DNA from: an uncultured Candidatus Bathyarchaeia archaeon
GTDB lineage: Archaea; Thermoproteota; Bathyarchaeia; Bathyarchaeales; Bathyarchaeaceae
Direction: 5' to 3'
DNA: 64,000 nucleotides
Assembly: GCA_964655075.1 (NCBI GenBank)
Contig: CAZZLD010000002.1
Coordinates: 99,140-163,139, forward strand
The translations under genes were made by a program, and so were the position numbers. The notes under the pieces are model-generated. The model was given only the letters and a program-made list of their open reading frames with translations. It was not told the origin of the DNA and ran no database searches. This document shows, in pieces, positions 1 to 8,923 of the stretch. Within the stretch, counting starts at the first letter, position 1; the number at the start of each line of letters is the position of its first letter.

Positions 1-563
1 TCTGTCAAATTGTTGTTCCTAAGAATGTTACCACTCGTTGTACTTAATTCGATGCCAATCCAATTATTCACTATCGTATTTTCACTAACAGTATTGTTAT
101 CAGAAAAACGCAGAAACAAACCGATAGAATTACAATATGAAATGTAGTTATTGCTAATATTCATGTTACTGCAATTCCAAATTCTTATCCCATCATGGCT
201 ACCTTCTACTGTGAACCCGCTAATCTCAACATTGCTTACATGATGACAATACATAGTATATTCATACGTAGAGTTAATGACCGTTGTCTTCGGGTCTTCT
301 CCAACGAGTTTCAGATCATCCTCATTTATAGTTGGATGCTCATAATATGTTCCGGCTCTAACTCTAATAGTGTCTCCACTACTCGCATTGCCAATAGCCC
401 ATTGTATCTTTGTGTAATTGTCTGGAACCCAAATGGTCTCAGGACTTGTAGTGACTGTCTTTTCTAAAACTTCTGTTGCTTTTGCTCTTGGGTAGAAAAG
501 TAATCCAACAGTTAAGGTTAATGAAATGAATATTAAGGTAAGAATAACTACCTTCTGTTTCAT
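1..563 (-). CDS. Secreted parallel beta-helix repeat protein (NosD/CASH-like), N-terminal part; gene runs off the left edge
   Basis: Absent from the ORF track because the frame is open to position 1. My translation from ATG (complement of 561-563): MKQKVVILTLIFISLTLTVGLLFYPRAKA (signal/anchor helix), then ..IQWAIGNASSGDTIRVRAGTYYEH..VEISGFTVEGSHDGIRIWNCSNMNISNNYISYCNSIGLFLRFSDNNTVSENTIVNNWIGIEL.., i.e. periodic ~22-aa N/I/G-rich beta-helix turns. Confidence 0.6.
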   Translation of the reverse strand, partial: MKQKVVILTLIFISLTLTVGLLFYPRAKATEVLEKTVTTSPETIWVPDNYTKIQWAIGNASSGDTIRVRAGTYYEHPTINEDDLKLVGEDPKTTVINSTYEYTMYCHHVSNVEISGFTVEGSHDGIRIWNCSNMNISNNYISYCNSIGLFLRFSDNNTVSENTIVNNWIGIELSTTSGNILRNNNLT

Positions 564-1024
564 CAATAAACCTCTTAATAATTGGTAGACAAATACAGTA
601 CAAAAGACTTATGGAACAATTACTTTGAACTCTATTCACTGTTAAGATAAACAACTAGTTCCTAAAAATCAGTGTTTTCTAATTAGAAGTAACCATGGTT
701 AAATTAGATAGGAAATTAGCGATTTTTGGTAGACGATAAAAAAGGGGATTATTTCATCTTTTCAAGGAAAGCTTTGATCAATCTTACTTGTTCTTCCAAA
801 CTGTCAATATCAACTCTCTTCATCTGACTTGAACCTCCAAGAGTTAATCAATTTAAACAAAATCATTAAAAACCTACACTTATTCTTATCCTACTGGACT
901 GTAGGCATAGGCTTTTGTGTATTTCTACCATTCACAACTTTATCTAAATATCCAGCTATACACCTAAATGTTAAAAAAGGTTATTTTATGATTCTGCAAC
1001 AACTAACTGTAAGGTGCAAATAAA

Positions 1025-1561
1025 TTGATCTCATGGAAGTATTCTTTCGAAATAGCGCGCAAAGAATTGGATATGGTGAAGAAGAAGAAACAGGCGTTAG
1101 ACAGCTTACTCAACGAAGGAAAAATCTCCCAGTCGACCTACGGATACCTCAACAAAGAGGTCACCGACGCCCTCAAAGCAATCGAAGCAGAGCAGAAGGG
1201 TCTAACTGAAAAAATGACCACCCGAGCCACGGAGCTTGAAAAACAAGTCAAGTCCCTAGAGATGTTCCTCGCTAACTTGGAGATCCACCACGCCACAGGA
1301 GAAATCGACGACGAATCCTACGAGCATCAGAACGGCGCCATCAGCCTAGGCTTAGAAGCCACAAAACAGGAACTCAACGACATCAAAGAAGCCCTAGTTA
1401 ACCTCATCCCAGAAAGGACTGTTAAAGTGCAGCCCCAGCCGGAACCAGAGGAGCAAGTCAGCGAAATAGAGATGGCTGAAAAGCTGATAGAGGAACGCGT
1501 AGAAGAATCAACGGAAACAGCCGAAGAGATGCCCGCAGAAAACGAAGAGATAAACGCCTGA
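1025..1561 (+). CDS. Coiled-coil protein with acidic tail; paralog A of a pair (partner at 4760-5608)
   Basis: 178-aa ORF. TTG start at 1025 with AGGTGC 8 nt upstream. Heptad-rich with an acidic C-terminus. N-terminal ~110 aa align by eye to the 4760-5608 product (ISWKYSFEIARKEL..KKKQALDSLLNEGKISQSTYGYL vs FSWKGSYEEIVQEL..RKKQTLQELFKEGKISASTYDYV). No family name recognised with certainty. Confidence 0.65.
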   Translation: MISWKYSFEIARKELDMVKKKKQALDSLLNEGKISQSTYGYLNKEVTDALKAIEAEQKGLTEKMTTRATELEKQVKSLEMFLANLEIHHATGEIDDESYEHQNGAISLGLEATKQELNDIKEALVNLIPERTVKVQPQPEPEEQVSEIEMAEKLIEERVEESTETAEEMPAENEEINA

Positions 1562-1688
1562 AAAACGTAGAAAAGATTTAGAATTCCAATTCTCATTTTC
1601 TCTGTTAGTGTGAAATCTAAAACATGAGAGAAAAACAGGGAGTTAGCGAGCCAAATTTACCAGATAATGCCCTTTTTTTCTGTGGATT

Positions 1689-4676
1689 TTACGGATTCTT
1701 AGATTTTATGCTGGCGGAGTATTCGAGGGTTAGGCGGCGGATGAAAGAGGCTGTCTGGCGGATTTGGGCTTCGTCGTTAAGCATTTCAGCATAGACTCCC
1801 TGCTTAGACATTCGGGGCTGTGAAACCAGTTTAATGGTGTAGTGGTCTGAGCGGGGAATCTTAACCGGGATCAGCTCGTTGTCGGTTACTGTTCTTTTCT
1901 CAGTGAAAACGTAAGTGAAGGAGAGGCGGGGCTCCTTTTCCGTCTCAGAAATTTTCAAGTCTACAACTTCCTCAACGAGGCCTGAGGCGTACTTTTCGAG
2001 ACGTTTCTCCATGAAGTCAAAGAAGTTCTTTAGTTCTTCTTTCCGGAGTCCGAGGGGTATCTTGAGCACCCACGGCTCCTTGGCGGTTCGAGGTTTTTCT
2101 TCAACAGTAATCTTCCATTTTCTGAGCAGAGAGGGGGTGGCTATGATGGAAGCTTTGATGGCCGGTATAATTGAGCCTAAAACGGTGGCGGCGATGGAAA
2201 AACCTAAGGCGAGGACAGCCCAAAAAGCCTCAATTTTCTGTTTTACTGCAAGGGAAATGGAGAACAGCGCTAAAAACCGGTAACCGAACAGTCCAAGAAG
2301 ATAACCTAAGCTTCCGGCCACCACGCCTATCACTATGGCTTCAGCCACGAACATGGCGCTTATATGGAAGGGATTCAAGCCCACCGTTGACAGGATGGTT
2401 ACCTCATGTTTACGCTCATAAACCGTGGTCAGCATCATGATGCCCACATTCAGAGTCATCAAAGCTAAGGGAACCATCATTTCGACAAAACCTTCCGTGA
2501 TGTGGGAGGACCCTATGAACAAATGCTGGATTCCTCCGGGAATGGAAGCGAAAGCTTCAACATTTGGCCAAACCAAAACGGACAGACGAGCCAAATCCAC
2601 AATATCCTCGGGATTCTTGGTCTGGACATCGACCCTTGAAATGCCCATCGCAAGTTTCTGAGCAGTTTCGCCATGCATGATAACGACCATTTCGTTCGGG
2701 ACATACTCCAAAAAATCAACCCACCCAGCTGGAGGAGGAGCTCTTTCTCTAATTATCCGCTGAGGATTCAGGGGCGCTCCGTCTAAGTCTCTGAGCGCGC
2801 CAAGTTTTTCGCTGTTGAAGATACCTGTTACAGTGAAGTTTCGATCATAAATCTGGGTCTCTTCTTGGAATGCCTTTAACTGTACGGTTTCGTTGACTTC
2901 AACTTGGAGCGTCTTTGCCGCCTCTTCGCTGATCAGGATGCCGTTGAGGTCCCTATCGCTGAGGAATCGACCTTGCGTGACAATGCTGTCTATTTTGGTG
3001 ACCTTAGCCTCAAGGCTGGGAAACACCCCTAACTCCCTAACTTGTAGCGTTGAGCGAGACTCGGGGACAGAGAGCGATGAATAGTAGCCAAGTACCGGTT
3101 TTTTCTCTACCTTGGGAACCACTAGAACGGACTCAGAGGTTCCGTTGAGCCATTGAAGAACTGCAGGTTCTATGCGTTCGAAAGGCGTAGTACTAGTTAT
3201 AGGACCCTGCCGTATGAGGAGACCTTCGGAAGGCGCTTTACCACCCTGTTTTTCGATGAAGAATCCATGTTCGGAGGAAAAGGAGGTTAGAACGATGAAG
3301 GCGAAGACGGAAATCAACAAGAAAGCTGACGTTAGCAAGGTGCGAAGCTTTCTACGTCTGAGGTTTCTCGCCGCCATTGAAAAAGCCGCGGATAAGGCGC
3401 TCATTAAGCGAAGTCTTTCCCTCGCGGTCTTCTCCCTAAAAAGGTAAGGCAGAATTAGAATCACGAAGAAAGCCGCGAGAAAAGAGGTGCTCACTAGTAT
3501 CGGAATGAGAAGGTTCTCAAAGGCGGTGTCAGCTAGGGGGTTGTAAGCTGGTTTCTGGAGAACACTGAAGCCCGGATAAAGAAAATAGAGAAGCCCCAAG
3601 AGGATGCCGTATAAGCAAAGGCTTACAATGAATCTGCGAGAACGTTCATCAAAAAGAACCGAAGCCACCGCTACGGCCGTGAAAGCCAAAAAGGGAGTGA
3701 TGAAAAGCACTGATTGCGAAACGCTTGTGTACATGCCTGAAAGGGTGGTCTCTAGGTCGTCTATGATTAGATAGGCTTCGTGGAGGTCCGCGTAGGCAAC
3801 ATCATAATTTCCTTGATTGAGCGCTGAGACCGTGTCTTCTATCAGGTTTTCGGCTTTGGATAATTTGATGCTTTCATAGGAAGCGTAGAACCCGGCTTTT
3901 TCAACATCGTTCATCATGGTTTGAACTGGTTGCAACCGGCTGTATACGCGGCCGAGTTCAACTTTCAATAGGAAGAATCTGAGGTTAACGGTTAGTCGGC
4001 TGCCTTGAGTCAGGTTCAGGTAGTTGCCTTCATTGTCGATTGTTAGGTAACCTTTTCCGGGCGAGTAGTCCATGCTCACAACAACCTTGACAGGCGTGTT
4101 AGAAGGCACCAAAATGGTTCTTGCACTCAAATTTAGAAGCCGATTAACAGGGAAGCCTTCTCCATATTCAGTTACAGCGCCAGTTCCATTAAGAAGCTCG
4201 AACTGATCGAACACGGTAAAGCTGACCGCCACAGGCGCTATTGGAAACTCGAAGAAACGCAGAAGTTTTAGGTTCCCCTCAGCGTCGATGGACGCACCGG
4301 GCATAAGGGCAAACGAAAGATTTTCTGGGAACCCGCTCAAATACCTCACTTGGTAGACTGGAATGTAGTCAAATCCTGGAGTGGAGTCGTTGTCGTAATA
4401 GGCGTATGCTCCAGAGGAACCGAAGCCCGCAACTTCTGCGGAGTAACTCCCTGACTCGTTGGTTTCGGTCTTTGTTATTAGGCCTGTGTCAAGATTCCAG
4501 AAGATGATGGTGGCATTAGAAATAGAGCGGTTTGTTACGCTGTTAATTACCCGCCCATAAACGGGTGTCACCTCAGTTTCTTGCGCTTGAACCGGGCTTC
4601 CAAACAGAGGAAGAGCTGTGAAGCAGAACGCCAGAAGGAAAATCAATAAGAATGTCCTCCTGGGAAAATGAAACAC
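1689..4676 (-). CDS. Large membrane protein: signal peptide, CarboxypepD_reg-like extracellular region, MacB/FtsX-type ABC permease module, ~170-aa cytoplasmic tail
   Basis: 995-aa ORF. N-terminal signal peptide (FLLIFLLAFCFTALPLFGSPVQA). GRVINSVTNRSISNATIIFWNLDTG resembles a carboxypeptidase-regulatory fold. AARNLRRRKLRTLLTSAFLLISVFAFIVL is the canonical first TM of MacB/FtsX permeases. C-terminal FtsX 3-4 TM bundle (YERKHEVTILSTVGLNPFHISAMFVAEAIVIGVVAGSLGY). No ABC ATPase gene is adjacent. Confidence 0.75.
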   Translation of the reverse strand: MFHFPRRTFLLIFLLAFCFTALPLFGSPVQAQETEVTPVYGRVINSVTNRSISNATIIFWNLDTGLITKTETNESGSYSAEVAGFGSSGAYAYYDNDSTPGFDYIPVYQVRYLSGFPENLSFALMPGASIDAEGNLKLLRFFEFPIAPVAVSFTVFDQFELLNGTGAVTEYGEGFPVNRLLNLSARTILVPSNTPVKVVVSMDYSPGKGYLTIDNEGNYLNLTQGSRLTVNLRFFLLKVELGRVYSRLQPVQTMMNDVEKAGFYASYESIKLSKAENLIEDTVSALNQGNYDVAYADLHEAYLIIDDLETTLSGMYTSVSQSVLFITPFLAFTAVAVASVLFDERSRRFIVSLCLYGILLGLLYFLYPGFSVLQKPAYNPLADTAFENLLIPILVSTSFLAAFFVILILPYLFREKTARERLRLMSALSAAFSMAARNLRRRKLRTLLTSAFLLISVFAFIVLTSFSSEHGFFIEKQGGKAPSEGLLIRQGPITSTTPFERIEPAVLQWLNGTSESVLVVPKVEKKPVLGYYSSLSVPESRSTLQVRELGVFPSLEAKVTKIDSIVTQGRFLSDRDLNGILISEEAAKTLQVEVNETVQLKAFQEETQIYDRNFTVTGIFNSEKLGALRDLDGAPLNPQRIIRERAPPPAGWVDFLEYVPNEMVVIMHGETAQKLAMGISRVDVQTKNPEDIVDLARLSVLVWPNVEAFASIPGGIQHLFIGSSHITEGFVEMMVPLALMTLNVGIMMLTTVYERKHEVTILSTVGLNPFHISAMFVAEAIVIGVVAGSLGYLLGLFGYRFLALFSISLAVKQKIEAFWAVLALGFSIAATVLGSIIPAIKASIIATPSLLRKWKITVEEKPRTAKEPWVLKIPLGLRKEELKNFFDFMEKRLEKYASGLVEEVVDLKISETEKEPRLSFTYVFTEKRTVTDNELIPVKIPRSDHYTIKLVSQPRMSKQGVYAEMLNDEAQIRQTASFIRRLTLEYSASIKSKNP

Positions 4677-4759
4677 TGTTCCCTCCAGCCTCTACTTCTC
4701 TTCTCTGCCTAAAAATCTGTGAACTATAATTTATTATTTTCAGTTGCTTTAGGTAAGCG

Positions 4760-5608
4760 TCACCAAGAAAGATCCTTTTCCGCGATTTTGCTCCAGCAGC
4801 TTCGACAAATGGGCAACAACTCTTTTTTGTAGTAGATAGTGACTTCAATGTCCGTGTTTTTGCATTCGCCATTCCACGGGTTCCTGCAGTGACCTCCCGA
4901 GGAGCTTCTTGAATGGGGTCTTTCCGCCATCGACTGTTTAGTTTGAGTTTTCTTCTTTAGGCGTTTTTTCGCTTTAGACTTGCGCTTCCTTTTCGCTTTG
5001 GCCTTGGGCTTTGCGGTTACTTTTTTTGCGGGTGGCTGCTTAGCGATTTTTGGAACCGGTGGAGCTGGCAGAGGCTCTTTGGTGGTCTCCAGCTTCGGTT
5101 CTTCAGCTACTTCTGCAATTTTCTTTTCCTCGAGAAGTGGCGTGATTAACGTTTGTACTTCTATAGGGTCTTCAACTTTTGGAGCTTCATCGATTTTGGC
5201 AGGTATTGCCGCTGGTTTAACAGGCTCGCATTGAATTTCCTTAACGTGAATTGATTCCTTTTTCATGGCGTCGAGTGTAGAAGTGATGGTAGAAAGCTGC
5301 GTTTCATATTTGCGCATTTTTTCCTCTTCCTCTGAATCGACACACCGGGACTTCAGCTTCGTGAGGAGGTGTTCTGAAGATTCTATTTGATTTTCAAGCT
5401 CAACGGCTCTCTTAGCCATTCTCTCCTTGAGTTCAATCTGACGCACTTTGATCTTTTCGATGACATCGTTAATTGTTTTGCTGACATAGTCGTACGTGGA
5501 CGCTGAAATTTTTCCCTCTTTGAATAATTCTTGCAGGGTCTGTTTCTTTCGCTCCGCTGACGCTAACTCCTGGACTATTTCTTCATAGGAACCCTTCCAG
5601 GAAAACAG
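4760..5608 (-). CDS. Coiled-coil protein, paralog B: coiled coil, Lys-rich basic tract, C-terminal Cys4 zinc-ribbon-like motif; probable CTG start
   Basis: The ORF track gives 4760-5446 (GTG start), but the frame is open up to a stop at 5627-5629. The extra 54 codons encode the conserved paralog N-terminus. The only start-like codon aligned with the TTG of paralog A is CTG (complement of 5606-5608), with AGGTGC 7 nt upstream. Tail: KPKAKAKRKRKSKAKKRLKKK ... HCRNPWNGEC...CRSCW. Confidence 0.6.
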   Translation of the reverse strand: MFSWKGSYEEIVQELASAERKKQTLQELFKEGKISASTYDYVSKTINDVIEKIKVRQIELKERMAKRAVELENQIESSEHLLTKLKSRCVDSEEEEKMRKYETQLSTITSTLDAMKKESIHVKEIQCEPVKPAAIPAKIDEAPKVEDPIEVQTLITPLLEEKKIAEVAEEPKLETTKEPLPAPPVPKIAKQPPAKKVTAKPKAKAKRKRKSKAKKRLKKKTQTKQSMAERPHSRSSSGGHCRNPWNGECKNTDIEVTIYYKKELLPICRSCWSKIAEKDLSW

Positions 5609-5813
5609 AGTTTCGCACCTGCCCCTTTAGAGTGAAGAAAAAACTGAGAGATAACATTTGTTAACATGATGATATAGTCTAAAATATTAAGATCATATTC
5701 TTCACGTTCTTTTGAACAAAAATATGTTTAAAAACACGCTCAAGAACAGCCTAAATATGGGCTTAAACATGGACATTCAGAAGCAAAAAACTCGAAACCA
5801 TTTTCTCTCAAGT

Positions 5814-6911
5814 TCACAGGTTCCAAAACGCTGAGTGAACCCGCTTAACCTCCTCTATAATTTTCTCACCCCTTTTCCTTACGCGAGAAATCGCCACCGG
5901 ACGCTCATCCTTAAGCCTGTATGAAGCCCCAGCCATTTTCGCCACAGTTGCAGCAACAAGTTTCCCGAGTAAAACGAGGTTGTAACCGCCCTCCAGAACC
6001 GCCACGAGTTTTCCTTCACAGAACGTAGAAGCAAAGTCCAAGGCTTTGCCGAAGGCTTCAAGGCAACCGAAAGCAGATAGAGAAAGACCCGCCACAGGGT
6101 CTGTGTAGTGCACGTCGAAGCCGACAGAAACGAGAACGAACTGTGGCGCGTACTGCTCAACTATGGGAGTTACGATTTGGTTGAGGGCACGCAGATAAAT
6201 TCGGTCATCAACCCGGAATGGGAAAGGAACGTTAACCGTGTAGCCGAGGCCCTCTCCTTCGCCGGTTTCGTCGATGAACCCAGTGCCTGGGAACCCGTGG
6301 GGGTCCTGGTGCAAACTTACGTAGAGCACCTTTTTGGTCGCATAGAAGATTTCTTGAGTTCCGTTTCCGTGGTGGGCATCAATGTCTAGAATTAGTATGC
6401 GTTCGAGGTTGAAGCGGTGAATTAGGTGCGCCGCAGCCACAGCTACGTTGTTGAAGATGCAGAAGCCAAGCGCATAGCTGGGACCGGCATGATGGCCCGG
6501 GGGACGCACTAAGGCAAAGGCGTTTTCAGCCTTCCCAGACATAACGAGGTCAACGGCGTCTATCGCTCCGCCCGCCGCGAGGACGGCTGCTTCAAAGCTT
6601 TTTGGAGAAACAACGGTGTCGCCGATGTCGAGGAGTCCGCCTCCGGCTTCGCAGAACCGCTTAACCGTCTGGACATACTCCGGATCGTGGACGAGTTCAA
6701 TTTCTTTGAGGTCAGCGGGTTTAGGATCCAACAGCGAAATTTCCTTGCGTTCAAGAAGCCCGCTTTTCTTCAGTTCTCTCATGATTACTTTTAGGCGGCT
6801 GGCTGACTCCACATGGCCTGGTCCGGGGTTATGCTCCAAATATTTAGGGGTGTAGATCAGGGCTGTTTTCGTCATTTTGCGCCCTTCAGCCGCAGGTTTA
6901 CGCCGCTTCAA
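5814..6911 (-). CDS. Histone deacetylase-family (AcuC / acetylpolyamine amidohydrolase-type) zinc deacetylase
   Basis: 365-aa ORF with signatures RPPGHHAG, DIDAHHGNGTQEIF and EGGYN. An alternative ATG at 6875 (MTKTALIYTP) would remove the 14-nt overlap with the upstream gene. Confidence 0.85.
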   Translation of the reverse strand: MKRRKPAAEGRKMTKTALIYTPKYLEHNPGPGHVESASRLKVIMRELKKSGLLERKEISLLDPKPADLKEIELVHDPEYVQTVKRFCEAGGGLLDIGDTVVSPKSFEAAVLAAGGAIDAVDLVMSGKAENAFALVRPPGHHAGPSYALGFCIFNNVAVAAAHLIHRFNLERILILDIDAHHGNGTQEIFYATKKVLYVSLHQDPHGFPGTGFIDETGEGEGLGYTVNVPFPFRVDDRIYLRALNQIVTPIVEQYAPQFVLVSVGFDVHYTDPVAGLSLSAFGCLEAFGKALDFASTFCEGKLVAVLEGGYNLVLLGKLVAATVAKMAGASYRLKDERPVAISRVRKRGEKIIEEVKRVHSAFWNL

Positions 6912-7731
6912 ACGTTTCTTTAATGTATTTTTGGAGAGTTAAGCCTTTGTTTTTCGCCAGTTTGCGGAGGGCTTTGTCGACGCCGGTTGCGTACTGAACG
7001 GCTTTCTTAGGCTTGTTGACGATGAACCCAGGCATACCCAGCAGTTGAGCAGTTTTCCGCAGCACTCTTTTCCTGAGGGGGTCGTCTGCAGAAGCGATGT
7101 TTAACCCCGCGGGCAAGCTCAAAGCGAATTTTATAACTTCATGATCCGCGAACGGGAGCCTCAACTCAACCTTATGATGGACGCAAACTGGAGAGAAACT
7201 CTGAAGGTTCATTTCAAGAGACGAAGCTACGTCGCGGCGCATGGCCTCCCGCACCGCCTCTAACCCTTGTTTTGTATAGACGCGGAGATAGTGGTGATAG
7301 CCGCCAAAAAGCTCGTCGCTGAGTTGACCTGCGAGAAGAACTTTGTAGCCCAGTTTTGAGGCGGTTTCAGCTGCCCAATAAAAGGGGACGGCGATGCTTA
7401 GTTTCATGGCGTCAGGTTCTCCGATCAGCCGCAGAACTGGAGAAGCGACCGCTTCAACATCGTTGAATTCGTACGTTTCAAGGCGGATGGGAAGACCTAA
7501 AGCCTCGGCGGCACGTTCTGTGAACGGAATCTCGGGCTGATTCCTCAAGCTCACCGAAACTAGAAAAACCTTCACTCCGCAGTTCTTAGCCAACACAGCG
7601 ATGATGCTGCTGTCTAAACCGCCTGAAAACGCAACCGCGACCTCCTCTACATCCGCAACCCGCTTCCGCGTAGCCTCCAAAAGCAGGTCCCGAACGCGCT
7701 CAGCCGCAACCAGAGCATCCATCCACATCAA
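6898..7731 (-). CDS. PP-loop ATP pyrophosphatase, asparagine-synthase C-terminal-domain-like (no glutaminase domain)
   Basis: 277 aa. PP-loop SGGLDSS near the N-terminus. LSDELFGGYHHY is typical of the Asn_synthase domain. Too short to contain the N-terminal GATase domain. Confidence 0.7.
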   Translation of the reverse strand: MMWMDALVAAERVRDLLLEATRKRVADVEEVAVAFSGGLDSSIIAVLAKNCGVKVFLVSVSLRNQPEIPFTERAAEALGLPIRLETYEFNDVEAVASPVLRLIGEPDAMKLSIAVPFYWAAETASKLGYKVLLAGQLSDELFGGYHHYLRVYTKQGLEAVREAMRRDVASSLEMNLQSFSPVCVHHKVELRLPFADHEVIKFALSLPAGLNIASADDPLRKRVLRKTAQLLGMPGFIVNKPKKAVQYATGVDKALRKLAKNKGLTLQKYIKETFEAA

Positions 7732-7817
7732 ACCTTCAAGCCCATTTTATGGTAAAAACCCTATTTGAATCCTATACAGAAGCCAAATAAAACTATAGAG
7801 CCTAGTTCCGCCGTCAG

Positions 7818-8786
7818 TTAAGCAAGCTTTATCGGTTTCTCTAGGCGGCTCAACAGAACCACTCGGCTTTCCGGCGCCTCATCAAGCACCTTATAACCTG
7901 TCTCCTCGGCCAGTTTATCCGCGAAAGTCCTGATCTCCCGGTGAGAAGGCATGTTCTCAAATCCGAGGCGCAAACGTGAAAACCCCACGTGCATGTAAGC
8001 CTTAGGCTCCACGTAGGTTGGATTCGCCTTTTCTAACAGCCGCGCGTAAACCTCAGGGTTCTTCAGGTTCAGGTCTCTAACAAGCGTCAACCGAACAACC
8101 TTGGGGCACTTGAAACTCGGCAACAGCGAAAGTGTTTCCTTAAGCTTTTCCCAAGCGTTCGGGATTTGCGGTCTGCAGGTTTTAATGAATGTACTCTTGT
8201 CTGGTGCACAGACTGAGACGTAAAGTTGAGTGGGTTCCTTGTTTAGGCGGGACAGAGCCTCTGGAATAGTGCCGTTAGAAACCAAAAACGTGGTTAAGCC
8301 CCGCCTGTGAAACTCCCCGATCAAATCGCCCAAGTAAGGGTAAAGCGTAGGCTCCCCAGCGAGGCTGATAGCAGCATGCTTAGGCGTCAAAGCCTCACGA
8401 TACTTTTCTTTGTCGGCTTTCGGGTTCCCCTTATATCCGCTCAGAAGTTTCTGCTGGGCTTTGAGGCAGCCCTCAACCACCTCTTCCGGCGGGTCCCACT
8501 TGGACCGGCTGGTTTCCGTCCACTTCAAGCCTGAATCGCCGCTTTGAACCCGCCAACAGAAGAGACAACGCATGGTGCAATATAGAAGCGACGGTGTCAT
8601 TTGAACGCACCTGTGGCTTTTAATCCCGTAGAATCTTTGCTTATAGCAAACCCGATCGTGAACAAGCGACTCGTAAAGCCACCTGCAACGCTTAACGGCG
8701 GAATGCCCTCCAACCAAATGATACTTCTGAGCCCTCAACACTCGAAGCAACCTGCTGGAAACTGAGGAAACCAAGTCTATCGCCAA
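7818..8786 (-). CDS. taw1: tRNA 4-demethylwyosine synthase (TYW1/Taw1), radical SAM
   Basis: 322 aa. Radical-SAM cluster CTMRCLFCWR. C-terminal wyosine-formation region (VEPKAYMHVGFSRLRL). Size and layout typical of archaeal Taw1. Confidence 0.85.
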   Translation of the reverse strand: MAIDLVSSVSSRLLRVLRAQKYHLVGGHSAVKRCRWLYESLVHDRVCYKQRFYGIKSHRCVQMTPSLLYCTMRCLFCWRVQSGDSGLKWTETSRSKWDPPEEVVEGCLKAQQKLLSGYKGNPKADKEKYREALTPKHAAISLAGEPTLYPYLGDLIGEFHRRGLTTFLVSNGTIPEALSRLNKEPTQLYVSVCAPDKSTFIKTCRPQIPNAWEKLKETLSLLPSFKCPKVVRLTLVRDLNLKNPEVYARLLEKANPTYVEPKAYMHVGFSRLRLGFENMPSHREIRTFADKLAEETGYKVLDEAPESRVVLLSRLEKPIKLA

Positions 8787-8923
8787 CAGTCAAAACATGA
8801 AAAACATGCCTATTATAAAATGCATCGCTCCACGCGGGCTAAAAATTGCTTGTTGGCATGCGTTTTGTAACGATTCACAATGATGAAAAGTATTAAATAA
8901 CTGGTCAGTTAATTATAAATGGG

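Noticed and set aside
749-823. 24-aa minus-strand ORF MKRVDIDSLEEQVRLIKAFLEKMK with GGAGGT 9 nt upstream of its ATG
   Set aside because: Too short and without any comparative support. It could be real but cannot be supported from the sequence alone.
829-1023. 64-aa ORF upstream of coiled-coil paralog A. Also 9551-9808 (-), 22624-22809 (+), 43102-43398 (-), 4573-4872 (-), 195-467 (+) and 439-654 (-)
   Set aside because: They are intergenic or overlap better-supported genes. They have odd composition, no motifs and no SD or promoter context.
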